A stretch of DNA of 64,000 bases from Elusimicrobiota bacterium. GTDB lineage: Bacteria > Elusimicrobiota > Elusimicrobia > Elusimicrobiales > UBA9959. The stretch lies in the NCBI GenBank assembly GCA_012517235.1, contig JAAYVI010000014.1, positions 19,266 through 83,265 of the forward strand. The letters are read 5' to 3'. Shown in pieces: positions 32,799 through 42,889 of this stretch (its first letter is position 1; every line of letters begins with the position of its first letter). The notes beneath the pieces were generated by a model. It ran no database searches and was not told where the DNA came from. It saw only the letters and a program-made list of their open reading frames with translations. Position numbers and translations under genes: made by a program.

Positions 32799-35339
32799 AT
32801 GGAAACCGTGGAAATTCCCGACACGCCTTTAATGAAGCAATACGCTTTTTTAAAGAAAAAACATAAAGATTCCATTTTATTTTTTCGCCTTGGCGATTTT
32901 TATGAAATGTTCGGGGAAGACGCAAAAAAAGCAAGCGCCGCTCTTTCTTTAACTTTGACTTCAAGACAGGGCGTTCCTATGTGCGGAGTTCCTCATCATT
33001 CAAGCGTAACATATATTTCAAGACTTATTAAAATGGGGTATAGAGTGGCCGTATGCGAACAAATAGGAGAAGAAGACGGAAAAAGCAAGCTTTTCAAGAG
33101 AGAAGTGGTAAGAATAATAACCCCCGGCACTTTGATAGAAGACGATTTGCTCGATAAAAAATCTTCCAATTATTTATTTTCAATTTTTGCCGACATAGTA
33201 GGATGGGGTGTTTCTTATTGCGATATTTCCACGGGAGAATTTAAAGCCACTCAAAATTTAAACGATCCGGACTTTCACTGTCTTAGAGAACTAATAGCCA
33301 GAGTAATGCCGTCGGAAATAGTAATAGATCATAAAAGCGCGGAAATCTTTTCCAAATGGGGTTTTAAATTTTCGCTTCCGGCCGCCAATCACTTTTTTGA
33401 ATACGAACCTTCGCCTTTGGAACAGGAAAGAGAGTGGAAGAATAGAAAATTGGCGCTTAAAGCCGCAGCTTTGGCTTATTCTTATATAGTTAAAACTCAG
33501 CCTTCCACAAGATTTTCTTTTTCGCCTTCTTATTTTGAAGACAAAGGATTAATGAGACTTGACGAAACTGCCATAAAGACGCTGGAGCTGGTGGACGCCG
33601 ATTACGAAGGCGGAATAAGTTTATGGAAAACATTGGATTATTCCAAAACATCCATGGGTTCGAGAATGCTTAAAAGGTGGATTTTAAACCCTTTGGCAGA
33701 CATATATTCCGTAAAAGTCAGGCAGGATTTGACGGCTTTTTTGGTATCGGCCGAAAAAGAAAGAAACGATTTGGCAGCTTTACTCGAAGCTTCTCCCGAC
33801 ATAGAAAGAATATCCGGAAGAATATCGAGCTTTTCTCTTACGCCCAGAGACGCCTTTTCATTGGGGAAATCCCTTTCACTGCTTCCGAGATTTAAATCTC
33901 TTTTATCGTCGGAAGAATTTGTTTCCGTGGCGGGATTTATAGCCAATCGTTTGGCGGATTTGACTTCTTTGACGGCTTTGAAAGAAGAAATAGAGAAAGC
34001 CGTTTCACCTGAACCTCCGGCGAGAATTTCCGACGGCGGAGCCATAGCGGAAGGATACGATAAAGAATTGGACGAATTGCGTTCGATAAGAAAGAATTCT
34101 CAAATGATAATCTCTCAAATGGAAGCAAAAGAGAGGCAATCTACGGGCATAAATTCTCTTAAGATAAGTTATACGTCCAATTTCGGATATTTTATAGAAG
34201 TTACCAAGACTCATCTTCAAAAGGTTCCCCAGAATTATATCAGGAGACAAACTCTTACTAACGCCGAGAGATTTTCCACATCCGAACTAAAGGCTTTGGA
34301 AGATAAAATATTGGGGGCGGAAGATAAAATATTGAAACTTGAAAACGCCATTTTTGAAAAGCTTAAAGAAAAAATACTGTCTTCGCTTGCCGAAATAAGA
34401 ATTTATTCTTTATGTCTGGCCGAGTTGGACGCTTTCTATTCTTTGGCCGAAGCGGCGGTAAAAAACGATTATGTAAAGCCGGAAATAACAAACGAAAATT
34501 TTATAGAGATAATAGCCGGCCGCCACCCGGTGGTAGAAAAGTATTTGCCTTCCGGAGAATTTGTCCCGAACGACTTCTCAATAGGAGAAAATAGGGCCAA
34601 AATGGTAATATTAACCGGACCCAATATGAGCGGAAAGAGCGTTTATCTCAGACAAAACGCTCTTTGCGTTTTAATGGCTCAAATAGGAAGTTTTGTTCCG
34701 GCGGAAAAAGCCGTGATAGGAATAGCCGACAGAATAATGACCAGAATAGGCGCTCATGACAGGCTTAGCCGCGGCGAATCGACTTTTATGGTCGAAATGA
34801 AAGAAACCGCGGAAATACTCAAATCGGCCACGCCGAGAAGTTTGGTTCTTTTGGACGAAATAGGAAGAGGCACTTCCACATTTGACGGCATTTCCATAGC
34901 CAAAGCAGTTTGCGAATATCTATACAAAAAAAATGCGATGACCGTTTTTGCCACTCATTATTTCGAAATGACGGAACTTCCTTTGTACTTGGAAGGGGTT
35001 AGAAATTTCAATATTTCGGCCAAAGAATGGACAAATTCCGAAGGTAAAAAGGAACTTGTTTTCCTTCACAAAATAGTACCGGGTCCGGCGGATAAGTCTT
35101 ACGGAATACATGTGGCCGAGCTGGCCGGACTTCCGAAAGAATGCGTTTTAAGAGCCGGGCAAATTTTATCCGAGCTTGAAAAAGCTCCGGGCCCCAAAAA
35201 AGATATCTCTCAAGATTTTTTGCCTCTTTTCGATACGGACTCTCTTTCTTCCAAAATTGCCGCCGCGGAAATAGAAAAAATGACTCCTTTGGAAGCGTTA
35301 AATTTCTTGTCTGAACTTAAAAAAGAAATTTCAAAATAA
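32799..35339 (+). CDS. mutS: DNA mismatch repair protein MutS
   Basis: 846 aa with TPLMKQY, the mismatch-binding FFRLGDFYEMF, Walker A GPNMSGKS, the STFMVEM signature and DEIGRGTST. Confidence 0.95.
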   Translation: METVEIPDTPLMKQYAFLKKKHKDSILFFRLGDFYEMFGEDAKKASAALSLTLTSRQGVPMCGVPHHSSVTYISRLIKMGYRVAVCEQIGEEDGKSKLFKREVVRIITPGTLIEDDLLDKKSSNYLFSIFADIVGWGVSYCDISTGEFKATQNLNDPDFHCLRELIARVMPSEIVIDHKSAEIFSKWGFKFSLPAANHFFEYEPSPLEQEREWKNRKLALKAAALAYSYIVKTQPSTRFSFSPSYFEDKGLMRLDETAIKTLELVDADYEGGISLWKTLDYSKTSMGSRMLKRWILNPLADIYSVKVRQDLTAFLVSAEKERNDLAALLEASPDIERISGRISSFSLTPRDAFSLGKSLSLLPRFKSLLSSEEFVSVAGFIANRLADLTSLTALKEEIEKAVSPEPPARISDGGAIAEGYDKELDELRSIRKNSQMIISQMEAKERQSTGINSLKISYTSNFGYFIEVTKTHLQKVPQNYIRRQTLTNAERFSTSELKALEDKILGAEDKILKLENAIFEKLKEKILSSLAEIRIYSLCLAELDAFYSLAEAAVKNDYVKPEITNENFIEIIAGRHPVVEKYLPSGEFVPNDFSIGENRAKMVILTGPNMSGKSVYLRQNALCVLMAQIGSFVPAEKAVIGIADRIMTRIGAHDRLSRGESTFMVEMKETAEILKSATPRSLVLLDEIGRGTSTFDGISIAKAVCEYLYKKNAMTVFATHYFEMTELPLYLEGVRNFNISAKEWTNSEGKKELVFLHKIVPGPADKSYGIHVAELAGLPKECVLRAGQILSELEKAPGPKKDISQDFLPLFDTDSLSSKIAAAEIEKMTPLEALNFLSELKKEISK

Positions 35340-35377
35340 TTAATTATTGTTTTATTAGGGTTGGGATAAAATAAAAA

Positions 35378-38191
35378 TTATAAGCCTTTTTCTCTCAGTT
35401 TTTTCTGGTACTCCGTTTCGAGTTTTTCTCTTACTAAATTGAATTCTTTTACAAGAGCGGCTTCTTTTTCTCTGTAATTTTCTTTTAATTGCTCTTCTCG
35501 TTTTTTGAGATTTGCGACTATTTCTTGTTCTTGATCGGTCAAAGCTTTCATTTTTGCTTTCTCCGCTTCGAGTTGAGAAATTTTTACGTGAAATTCTTCT
35601 TCCAAAGATTTTTTCTTTTCTTCGAATTTTTCCCGCAATTCTTTTTCTTTTTCGGTTAAAGTTTTCTCCAGTGTAAGTATTTTTTCGGAAAGTTCTCTGT
35701 TCTTTTCTCTGAGTTTTTCTTCAAGCTCTTCCAGATTTTTATTTATTAACACGTCTCTGTTTATTCCTTCCGCTTTTTGTTTAATAAGACTTTCATAAGA
35801 TGTTTCTATTTGTTGTATCCTTAAAAGAAGATTCTTTTCTCTTAAAGAATAAGTTTCTTCCAAAGATTTAGCCAATTTTTCATGTTTTTGAGAGTAAAAC
35901 GAGGATAAATTTTCCATTTCTTTCTTTTTTTCCTCGTCGTAATTTTTCTTTAAGGATTCTATCTTTGCCAAAAACTCGTCTTCTCTCGTTTTTTCCGCTT
36001 CTTTGTAATGAAGCGCCATTTGAGAAATATGATTTAAATATTTTTCTTCCAGAGTTTTTGTTTTATCCCAAAATTCCTTTTCTATCATTTTTTTCGTCAT
36101 CAAAGCCGTTTCGTTTTTTTCTCTTTCGAGATCGGCTTTTTCGCGCTTTAGTTTTTCTATTTCGTCTTGAGCTTGAAAAATTTTTTGGGAAATCTCAACA
36201 GAGTTTCTTCTTATTTCTTCGAGTTCTTTTTCTTTTCCGGAAAGATTTTCCTTTAAAAAGGAGATTTCTTCCTCTTTTTCTTTAATTTTTATTTCAAACT
36301 CTTTTAGAATGGAATTTTTATCTCTTTCGGCCTTTTGCGAAAGTTCTCTTTTCAAAAGATTTTCTTTTGCTAAAAATTCTTCCCGCAGTCTTTTCTCGGT
36401 CTCTTCGAGTTCTTTATTTTTTTCGGCTATTATCTTTTCTCTTTCCTGTTCGAATTGGGCTATTAGTTTTTTTCTTTCCGAAGAAAATTCTTCGGCGATT
36501 TTTTTTAATTCTTTTTCGTTATTATTTTTAATAAGTTCTATTTCTTTTAAATAATTTTCTTTTTTCCCCTTAAGTATTTCTTCGTGTCTTTTCTTGAGAT
36601 TTTCCATTTCTTGGGCAAAATTTTCTTTTAAGGCCGCCCATCCCTTCCTTTCGGCTTCCGCTCTTTCTTTCTCGAGTTTTAATTCGAAATCAAATTTTTC
36701 TTTAAGGGAGGCGGCTATTTCTTTTTCTTTGTTCTCCGCGGCGGACAGAGCTTCTTTTATTATCTTTTCTTTCTGAAGAGCGAACTCTTCCCGTTCTTTT
36801 TTCAGCATTTCCGCTATGGAGTTTTTTTCCGCAGCGATAGATTCTATTTGTTTTAAATAATTATTTTTTTCTTTCTCTATTTCCGCGGTTTTTTTTAGAA
36901 GTTTTTCTTTTTCTCTTTCCAATATTTTTTCTTTGGCGGCAAAGGCTTCCGCTAAAGAATTTTTATACAATGACGCCGCGGCTTCGTGGGCCTGGGCTAT
37001 TTCTCTTTCTTTTTTTATAAGAGTTTGCGATATTTCTTTTTCCAGATTTTCGAAATATTCTTTTCTGTTTTCAAGATCTTTTTCTTTTTCTTTTAAAGTG
37101 TCCATTTTTTGAGAGTATCTGTTCTCCAGATCTTTTATTTTTAAAGCGGCTTCTTCTTTTATATTTTCTTCTTTTTCTTCCAGAGACAATAATCTTTTTT
37201 CGTATTCGTTTTCCAGTTCTTCTTTTTTAAACAGATATTCTTTCTGCAGTTTTTCCGTTTCTATGCGGTTTTGCCGCGATTGTACGGCGTATTCTTCTTT
37301 TAGTTTTTCTATTTGAACGGCAAAATCTCTGCGTAAATTTTCTATTTCGAGATTTTTGGCTTCCAAGGACTCCTTGAGAGAATTTATTTCAAACAGACGA
37401 GTTTGTTCGTAAGCTTTTATTTTATCGGAGTATTCTTTTTCAAATATCGCTTTGCTTTGTTCCAAATAAGAACGAAAATCCGCAATTTCCTCTTGATGTC
37501 TTTGCGCATACTGCGAACTTATTTTAAGCGTTTCTTCTGTTAGAGTTTTTTCGCTTTCTTTTTTGAAATCGTCTTTTAATTTTTCTATTTCCGCTTTGTG
37601 CTTTTTTTCCAGCGTTTCTTTTAAATTTTCTATTTTGGCTCGGTAAATTTCTTCCGTTTGTTTGGAATTTTGTTCGAGTTTGTTTTTGTAATCGGTTCTA
37701 AGTTCGTCCAATCTGGTAAGGAAAAGCTCTTTTTCTTTTTCTATTTCCCATTCCTTTTCTTCCCGCCATTTTAAGAAGAGTTTTTTGCTTTCTTGGGTTA
37801 TTTTTTCTCTGTAATTTTTAAGTTCTTCTTCTTTTTGAGCCAGTATTTGTTCCAATCGGGCTTTTTCCGCTTCCGTTTCTTCTCTCTGTCTGTTTACCGC
37901 TTCTTCCAGCAGTTCTTTATATTTATTCCAAAGCCTGCTTTCCTTTTCGGCTAAAATCCGGCTTATTTCTTCTTCTTTTCTGGCAAATTTCTCTTCTTTT
38001 AACTTCATTAAAGTTTCGTATTCCAATTCCTTTGTTTTTGCGGCCTTTTGCGCTTCTTCTTCTATCTTTGCCCGCATTCCGGCAAGTTGGGATTCCTTTT
38101 CTTTAAGCTCGCTTGACAGGCGCAGTATTATCTTTGCGCTGTCTATTTCGCTTTGCGATACTTGAGAAGATTCCAGAAAATCCCAATCCAT
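35378..38191 (-). CDS. giant coiled-coil-rich protein (E/K-rich), downstream paralog
   Basis: 937 aa, almost entirely Glu/Lys/Leu heptad-like sequence with no enzymatic motif. The ATG lies 2 nt after the stop of the upstream paralog. Confidence 0.8.
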   Translation of the reverse strand: MDWDFLESSQVSQSEIDSAKIILRLSSELKEKESQLAGMRAKIEEEAQKAAKTKELEYETLMKLKEEKFARKEEEISRILAEKESRLWNKYKELLEEAVNRQREETEAEKARLEQILAQKEEELKNYREKITQESKKLFLKWREEKEWEIEKEKELFLTRLDELRTDYKNKLEQNSKQTEEIYRAKIENLKETLEKKHKAEIEKLKDDFKKESEKTLTEETLKISSQYAQRHQEEIADFRSYLEQSKAIFEKEYSDKIKAYEQTRLFEINSLKESLEAKNLEIENLRRDFAVQIEKLKEEYAVQSRQNRIETEKLQKEYLFKKEELENEYEKRLLSLEEKEENIKEEAALKIKDLENRYSQKMDTLKEKEKDLENRKEYFENLEKEISQTLIKKEREIAQAHEAAASLYKNSLAEAFAAKEKILEREKEKLLKKTAEIEKEKNNYLKQIESIAAEKNSIAEMLKKEREEFALQKEKIIKEALSAAENKEKEIAASLKEKFDFELKLEKERAEAERKGWAALKENFAQEMENLKKRHEEILKGKKENYLKEIELIKNNNEKELKKIAEEFSSERKKLIAQFEQEREKIIAEKNKELEETEKRLREEFLAKENLLKRELSQKAERDKNSILKEFEIKIKEKEEEISFLKENLSGKEKELEEIRRNSVEISQKIFQAQDEIEKLKREKADLEREKNETALMTKKMIEKEFWDKTKTLEEKYLNHISQMALHYKEAEKTREDEFLAKIESLKKNYDEEKKKEMENLSSFYSQKHEKLAKSLEETYSLREKNLLLRIQQIETSYESLIKQKAEGINRDVLINKNLEELEEKLREKNRELSEKILTLEKTLTEKEKELREKFEEKKKSLEEEFHVKISQLEAEKAKMKALTDQEQEIVANLKKREEQLKENYREKEAALVKEFNLVREKLETEYQKKLREKGL

Positions 38192-38193
38192 AT

Positions 38194-41100
38194 TTATTTT
38201 TCTTCCTTAATTTTATTTTGCCAGTATCTTACGAGTTCTTCTTCTTTGGCTTTATATTTTTCCGTCAATTCTTTTTCTTTCGCCAGAGCTTTTGAAACGG
38301 CCTTATTTTTTTCTTCTTCCAATTCTTTTTCTTTTTGCCTGAAAGCGTCTTCGAGTTCTTTTCTGAGTTTATCCATTTGAGCTCTGGCTTTTTCAAAATG
38401 TTCGAAATACTCTCTTTCCAAAAGATTCATTTTTGAAGCGTAGACCTCTTCCGTTTTTTTCTTTTCTTCGGCAAGAATTTCTCTTTGCCTTAAAACAAAA
38501 GCGTTAAGTTCGTTTTCCTTTTTTTCATATTGAGCTTTAAGAGAAATTCTTTCCGCTTCCAATATTTCAAATTTCTTTTTTTCCCATTCTTCTTTTTCTT
38601 TAGAGAAGGAATCCAGAAATCTCTGGGTTTCTTCCGTTTTTTCTTTTTCGAATTTAATTTTTTCTTCTTCGAATTTTTCTCTTATTTCTTTAATTTTTGT
38701 TTCATATTCGGACGAAAGCTTTTGAGAGATTTCGCTTATTTTTTGAGAGTAGGATGCTTCGAGCTGCGAAATTTTTTCAAAATGAGCTTTTTGAAGCTCG
38801 TCTTTTCTGCTTTCGAAATATTCGTTCAGCTTAAGTTTTTCTTTGGCAAGTTCGGAAATGACATATTTCTCCGCCGCCGCTTTTCTCTCGGAAAATTCGT
38901 GTTCCAAATTTTTTACTTTTTCAGAGTAAAGAGCTTCGAGAGATCTTTCTCTGTTTTTAAGGGCTTCTTTTCTCCTTTCATAATCGGCTTCCAGGGCTTC
39001 TTTTTTCTCAAGAACCTGTTTGTTTAGTTCGTCTTTGGCTTTTGAGAGCGAATCAAAGAGATTTTGTTCTTTTACCGCAAATTCGGCGATAAGTTTTTCT
39101 TTAAATTCGTTTTTTTCTTTTTCCGCCTTTTCCATTATTGCTTTAAGTTCTTTTTCTTTTTCTCTTAAAGATTCTTGAGAATTTAAAAATTCTTCTTTTA
39201 GCTTTTCTTTTTGAGCGGCCAGTTCGATTTCGTTTTGTTTTGCGAATTCTCTGATCTTTTCTTCGTATCTGGTTCTTTCTTCAAGGAGATCTTGTTCCAA
39301 TTTTTTCTCTCTGTTTTCCAGAGCAAGTTCTTTGTTTTCGTATTGTTTTTTAAGAATTTCTTCTCTTTTTTTAAGACTGTCTTGAAGTTTTTCTTGCGAT
39401 TCCTTAAACCATCTCGCATATTTTTCCGAAATTTCTTTTTCTCTTTTCGCCGTTTCGGCTTCCGTTTCGGCCCTGGCGTCGGATAATTTTTTTAAGAGTT
39501 CTTGTTTTTCTTGAAGGTAAAAAGCTTCCTTTTTTTCGAACTCTTCTTTCATCGATTTAATCCATAGTTCGTTTTCCTTAAGCAGCAAATCCTTTTGTTC
39601 TTTTATTTCGAGGGCGGCTTTCGCTTCTAGATCCGCTTCTTTTTGAGAATATTTTAGTTTCAATTCGTCTTCGAAATGAACGAGCTTTTGTTTTAAGACG
39701 TCTCTATAGGAAGAAAATTCTTTTTTTAATTTTTCTTTTTCCCTATGTAACTCGTCTTCTTTCGCGGCTATATATTGTCTTTTTTCGGCCGCGGCTTGTT
39801 CGTGCAGCGCGCTTATTTCCTCATTTATTTTTTCTTTTAATTCTTTTTCTTTTGCCGAGAACTCTTCGATTAGTTTATTTCTTTCCGAATCTATTTTCTC
39901 TTCAAATTCTCTTTTTAATTCTTTTTTAATTTTTTCTATTTCTTCGTTTTTTTGTCTTTCCAGATCGTTTTGCGCTTGAGTCAGTTTATTTCTAAAAAAT
40001 TCTTCGTATTCGCCGGATTTTTTTTGAAGTTCCTGCGCCCATTTATTATCGTTTTCGGCCAAAAGACGGTTTTTTTCCTGGGCGGCTTTTGCCGAAAAAT
40101 CTTTCCATTTTAAACGAATTTCCTCCGCGGCTTTTTCGAAATTTACCGCATTTTCCGAATCGTGCTTTTTTATCAGTTCCAGGAGATGTTCTTCCAATTT
40201 AAGTCTTGTTTGTACGTATTCTTTCTCTCTTTGGGCCGCAAAATTTTCTATTTTTTCCGTCATTTCCGCCAAAGCCGCCGCATGGGCTTTTTCGGCTTCT
40301 TCCAGCTTGGCTTGATAGCTTACGGCAAGTTCTTTTTCTTTTAAAGCAAACTCTTGAGCGGCTTTTTCTCTTTCCGCCAATATCAGCGTTTCTATTTGAG
40401 AAGATTTTTTGATATATTCTTCGGATAATTTGGCTCTTTCTCGAGACAGAAAGTCTTCGGCTTCTTTTTTTCTTTTTTCTATTTCGTTTAAAAGAAATTC
40501 TTTCTCTTTTTCGTATTTTTTTCTTAAGTTTTCCGATTCTATTTCGACTTTTTCAAGAGCTTTTCTTTCGGCTTGAGCCGCCAATTGCGCGCTTTTTTCT
40601 CTTTCTTTGGCCAATTGATTCTCTAAGGACGAAAGTTTTTCTTCGTAAATTTTTTCCAGATTTAATCTCAATTCTTCCGTTGCGGCGCGTCTTTTTTCTT
40701 CGCTGTCGGCAGAAAAACGCTCCAAGGCTTCTTTTAGAGAGAGAGAGTTTTTTTCGTATTCTTCTTTGTATTTTTCAACCAGAGCCAAAGCTTCTTCGTT
40801 TTTAAATCTTGAAATTTGAGAAATTTCTTGAGTCCATTGAGATTTTAAGTTTCCTATTTCGATTTCTTTTTGAGCCAAAAGATTTTTAAGCTCCTTTACT
40901 TCTTCTTCGAGTCTTTTTTTGGCCGAAAGCATATGAGCCGTTTCTTCGTTGATTATTTGCTGTCTTAATTTTTTCTTTAATTCTGTCTCTATTTCGCTTT
41001 GAGTTCTCGCGTTCTCTTCCCAGGCTTTCACCGTCGATTGCCATTTCTTTACGGTTTCTTCGCTTTGTTCGGCTCTTAAGATAAGCTCTCTTATTTGATT

Positions 41101-41247
41101 TTCTCTTTTTATCTTTTCTTCTTTTAAGAGGGTAAGCTCTTCTTTCATCTCTTTAAGTTTTTCTACGGTCCATTTTAACGAAAGCTTTGCCGTTTCCAAA
41201 TCGCTTACTCCGGCGGGGTCTAATTTTAAGTTTTCTTCAAATTCCAT
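38194..41247 (-). CDS. giant coiled-coil-rich protein (E/K-rich), upstream paralog
   Basis: 1017 aa with the same composition and the same recurring L-x-x-x-[YF]-x-x-K module as the downstream gene. No Walker or other catalytic motifs. Confidence 0.8.
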   Translation of the reverse strand: MEFEENLKLDPAGVSDLETAKLSLKWTVEKLKEMKEELTLLKEEKIKRENQIRELILRAEQSEETVKKWQSTVKAWEENARTQSEIETELKKKLRQQIINEETAHMLSAKKRLEEEVKELKNLLAQKEIEIGNLKSQWTQEISQISRFKNEEALALVEKYKEEYEKNSLSLKEALERFSADSEEKRRAATEELRLNLEKIYEEKLSSLENQLAKEREKSAQLAAQAERKALEKVEIESENLRKKYEKEKEFLLNEIEKRKKEAEDFLSRERAKLSEEYIKKSSQIETLILAEREKAAQEFALKEKELAVSYQAKLEEAEKAHAAALAEMTEKIENFAAQREKEYVQTRLKLEEHLLELIKKHDSENAVNFEKAAEEIRLKWKDFSAKAAQEKNRLLAENDNKWAQELQKKSGEYEEFFRNKLTQAQNDLERQKNEEIEKIKKELKREFEEKIDSERNKLIEEFSAKEKELKEKINEEISALHEQAAAEKRQYIAAKEDELHREKEKLKKEFSSYRDVLKQKLVHFEDELKLKYSQKEADLEAKAALEIKEQKDLLLKENELWIKSMKEEFEKKEAFYLQEKQELLKKLSDARAETEAETAKREKEISEKYARWFKESQEKLQDSLKKREEILKKQYENKELALENREKKLEQDLLEERTRYEEKIREFAKQNEIELAAQKEKLKEEFLNSQESLREKEKELKAIMEKAEKEKNEFKEKLIAEFAVKEQNLFDSLSKAKDELNKQVLEKKEALEADYERRKEALKNRERSLEALYSEKVKNLEHEFSERKAAAEKYVISELAKEKLKLNEYFESRKDELQKAHFEKISQLEASYSQKISEISQKLSSEYETKIKEIREKFEEEKIKFEKEKTEETQRFLDSFSKEKEEWEKKKFEILEAERISLKAQYEKKENELNAFVLRQREILAEEKKKTEEVYASKMNLLEREYFEHFEKARAQMDKLRKELEDAFRQKEKELEEEKNKAVSKALAKEKELTEKYKAKEEELVRYWQNKIKEEK

Positions 41248-41365
41248 TTCGCCTCCGGGCTTACGCCCAAGACATAAGGTAAAATAAAGCGCTTACCTTA
41301 AATTATATATTATAAAATCCGGCGCAAAAATATATTTTCAAAATATTAAATTAATGTTTCAAAAG

Positions 41366-41394
41366 AGAAAAAGAGGATTTTTTATCCTCTTTTT
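41366..41394 (-). terminator. intrinsic (symmetric) terminator after rpmB
   Basis: AAAAAGAGGAT-TTTTT-ATCCTCTTTTT: a 7-bp GC-containing stem flanked by an A-run and a T-run, 19 nt downstream of the rpmB stop. Confidence 0.6.
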
Positions 41395-41412
41395 AAAAGA
41401 AAAGAAGTTATT

Positions 41413-41604
41413 TCAGGAAACTTTAAGATCTTTTCCGCTTTTAAGACAAGCGGAGCAGATATAAACCGCTTTTCTGACGCCGTTCACCAAAGTTTTTTTT
41501 CTCTGGAGATTGGGTTTGAAAAGCCTTTTGGAAGCCTTGTGAGAATGGCTATAAGAGTTTCCGGAAACCGGTTTTTTACCGCATAATTCGCATTTAAATG
41601 CCAT
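41413..41604 (-). CDS. rpmB: 50S ribosomal protein L28
   Basis: 63 aa: MAFKCELCGKKPVSGNSYSHSHKASKRLFKPNLQ is the canonical L28 N-terminus. Confidence 0.9.
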   Translation of the reverse strand: MAFKCELCGKKPVSGNSYSHSHKASKRLFKPNLQRKKTLVNGVRKAVYICSACLKSGKDLKVS

Positions 41605-41647
41605 AAGAATATTATATCAATTTCAATAAGTCTTTTCAAAATTTTTT

Positions 41648-41655
41648 TGTATAAT
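41648..41655 (+). promoter_or_regulatory. extended -10 promoter element (TGTATAAT) for the DUF164-rnhA-rnpB unit
   Basis: TGnTATAAT match 29 nt upstream of the 41684 ATG in the divergent rpmB/DUF164 spacer. No good -35 was seen. Confidence 0.35.
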
Positions 41656-41683
41656 AATATTTTTCGCGGGTTATTCCGTCTTT

Positions 41684-42400
41684 ATGAATTTCTCAGATAT
41701 TCAAAAACTTGTAGACTTGGCAGAAGCGGATTTGCGTTTGTTTGATATAGATAAGCAGCTTCGCGATCTTGATGCGTCTTTCAAAACCCTCGAGGAAAAA
41801 GAACAGAAAGCGGCGGAAATAGTTTTTGCCGCCGCGAAAGAAAAAGAAAATGCGGCGCTTAAAAGAAAAAACGCGGAAATTTCTTTGGCTCAAGCCGAAG
41901 AATCCTTAAAGAAAAGAAAAGAGTCTTCTCAAAATATCAAAAACGCTCAGGCCGCTCAAAAGTTAGAATCCGAAATGGCGGCTTTGTCCGATGAGATTTC
42001 CAATCTTGAAACGGAAATACTCTCTCTTATGGAAGCGGAAAAAGAAGCCGAAGATAGAAAAAAGAATGCGGAAAAAGAAGCCGCAGAAGCACGGAAATCG
42101 GCACGGGATGCGTCGGTTAAAATAAAAGAAAAGGAAGATTCTTTATCGGCTTTAAAAAAACAAGAGGAAGAAAAAAGAGAATCTTTGGCCAAATTATGCG
42201 ACGTCGATTTTCTTTCCAAATACGAAGCTGTCAAAAAAAAGAAATTTCCGGCTTTGGTTTCTTGTTCTTTTAGAGAGGGAAAATTGTTTTGCGGCGGCTG
42301 CGGCATGTCTTTGACGGCTTCTCAGTCCGAAGAAATTAAAAAGGGAAATTCGCTGTTAAATTGCATGAACTGTTTTAGACTGATTTACTTTAAAAAATGA
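41684..42400 (+). CDS. DUF164-type coiled-coil plus C4 zinc-ribbon protein (HP0958/CT398-like)
   Basis: 238 aa: a long Glu/Lys/Ala coiled-coil hairpin followed by C-x2-C ... C-x2-C (FCGGCGM ... LNCMNCFRL). Confidence 0.75.
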   Translation: MNFSDIQKLVDLAEADLRLFDIDKQLRDLDASFKTLEEKEQKAAEIVFAAAKEKENAALKRKNAEISLAQAEESLKKRKESSQNIKNAQAAQKLESEMAALSDEISNLETEILSLMEAEKEAEDRKKNAEKEAAEARKSARDASVKIKEKEDSLSALKKQEEEKRESLAKLCDVDFLSKYEAVKKKKFPALVSCSFREGKLFCGGCGMSLTASQSEEIKKGNSLLNCMNCFRLIYFKK

Positions 42401-42409
42401 GAGGGGTAC

Positions 42410-42889
42410 ATGAAGGAAAAAAAACTTAGAATTTATATAGACGGAGGTTCAAGAGGGAATCCCGGTCCGGCGGCATGTTCCGCAGTTATAATGAACGAAA
42501 AAGGAGACGTGATAGGCGAAGAAGGACGTTTTTTGGGAAAAACCACAAATAATGTCGCCGAATATTCCGGTCTTCATTTGGCTTTGACATGCGCGTCAAG
42601 GCTCGGAGCGGATAAGCTGGAGATATACTCCGATTCTCAGCTTTTAGTCAAACAATTTTGCGGCGAGTATAAACTTAAGGACGAAAAACTATCGGAAATG
42701 ATGAAAATAATAAGCAAAGATTTGTCCAAATTTAAAGAAGTTAAGCTAAAATATATAAAAAGAGAAGAAAATAAACTTGCCGATAAACTTGTAAATTCCA
42801 TATTGGATTCTAAAAAATTATCCGATAAAGAAAATTTGAAATTAGCTAAAGAAAGAAGAGAAACTTTCAAGCAGGAAGAACTTTTTTAA
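42410..42889 (+). CDS. rnhA: ribonuclease HI (type 1 RNase H)
   Basis: 159 aa with YIDGGSRGNPGPAA, NNVAEYSGL, YSDSQL and NKLADKL providing the D-E-D-D catalytic set. Confidence 0.85.
   Translation: MKEKKLRIYIDGGSRGNPGPAACSAVIMNEKGDVIGEEGRFLGKTTNNVAEYSGLHLALTCASRLGADKLEIYSDSQLLVKQFCGEYKLKDEKLSEMMKIISKDLSKFKEVKLKYIKREENKLADKLVNSILDSKKLSDKENLKLAKERRETFKQEELF

Noticed and set aside
35581-35596. parS-like ATTTTTACGTGAAATT inside the coiled-coil gene
   Set aside because: It matches only about 12/16 positions of the local parS variant and breaks the CAC/GTG core symmetry (TAC). It is most likely chance.
38189-38196. Possibility that the two coiled-coil ORFs are one ~1950-aa gene split by a frameshift or nonsense error
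   Set aside because: The downstream ORF has its own ATG 2 nt after the TAA. It also has its own non-repetitive head, which resembles the head of the upstream protein, so tandem paralogs are more likely. Read-level verification is still advisable.
35965-40412. Many 60-165-aa + strand ORFs rich in F/S/L inside the coiled-coil genes
   Set aside because: They are complements of GAA/AAA/CTT-rich codons of the minus-strand coiled-coil genes, not independent genes.
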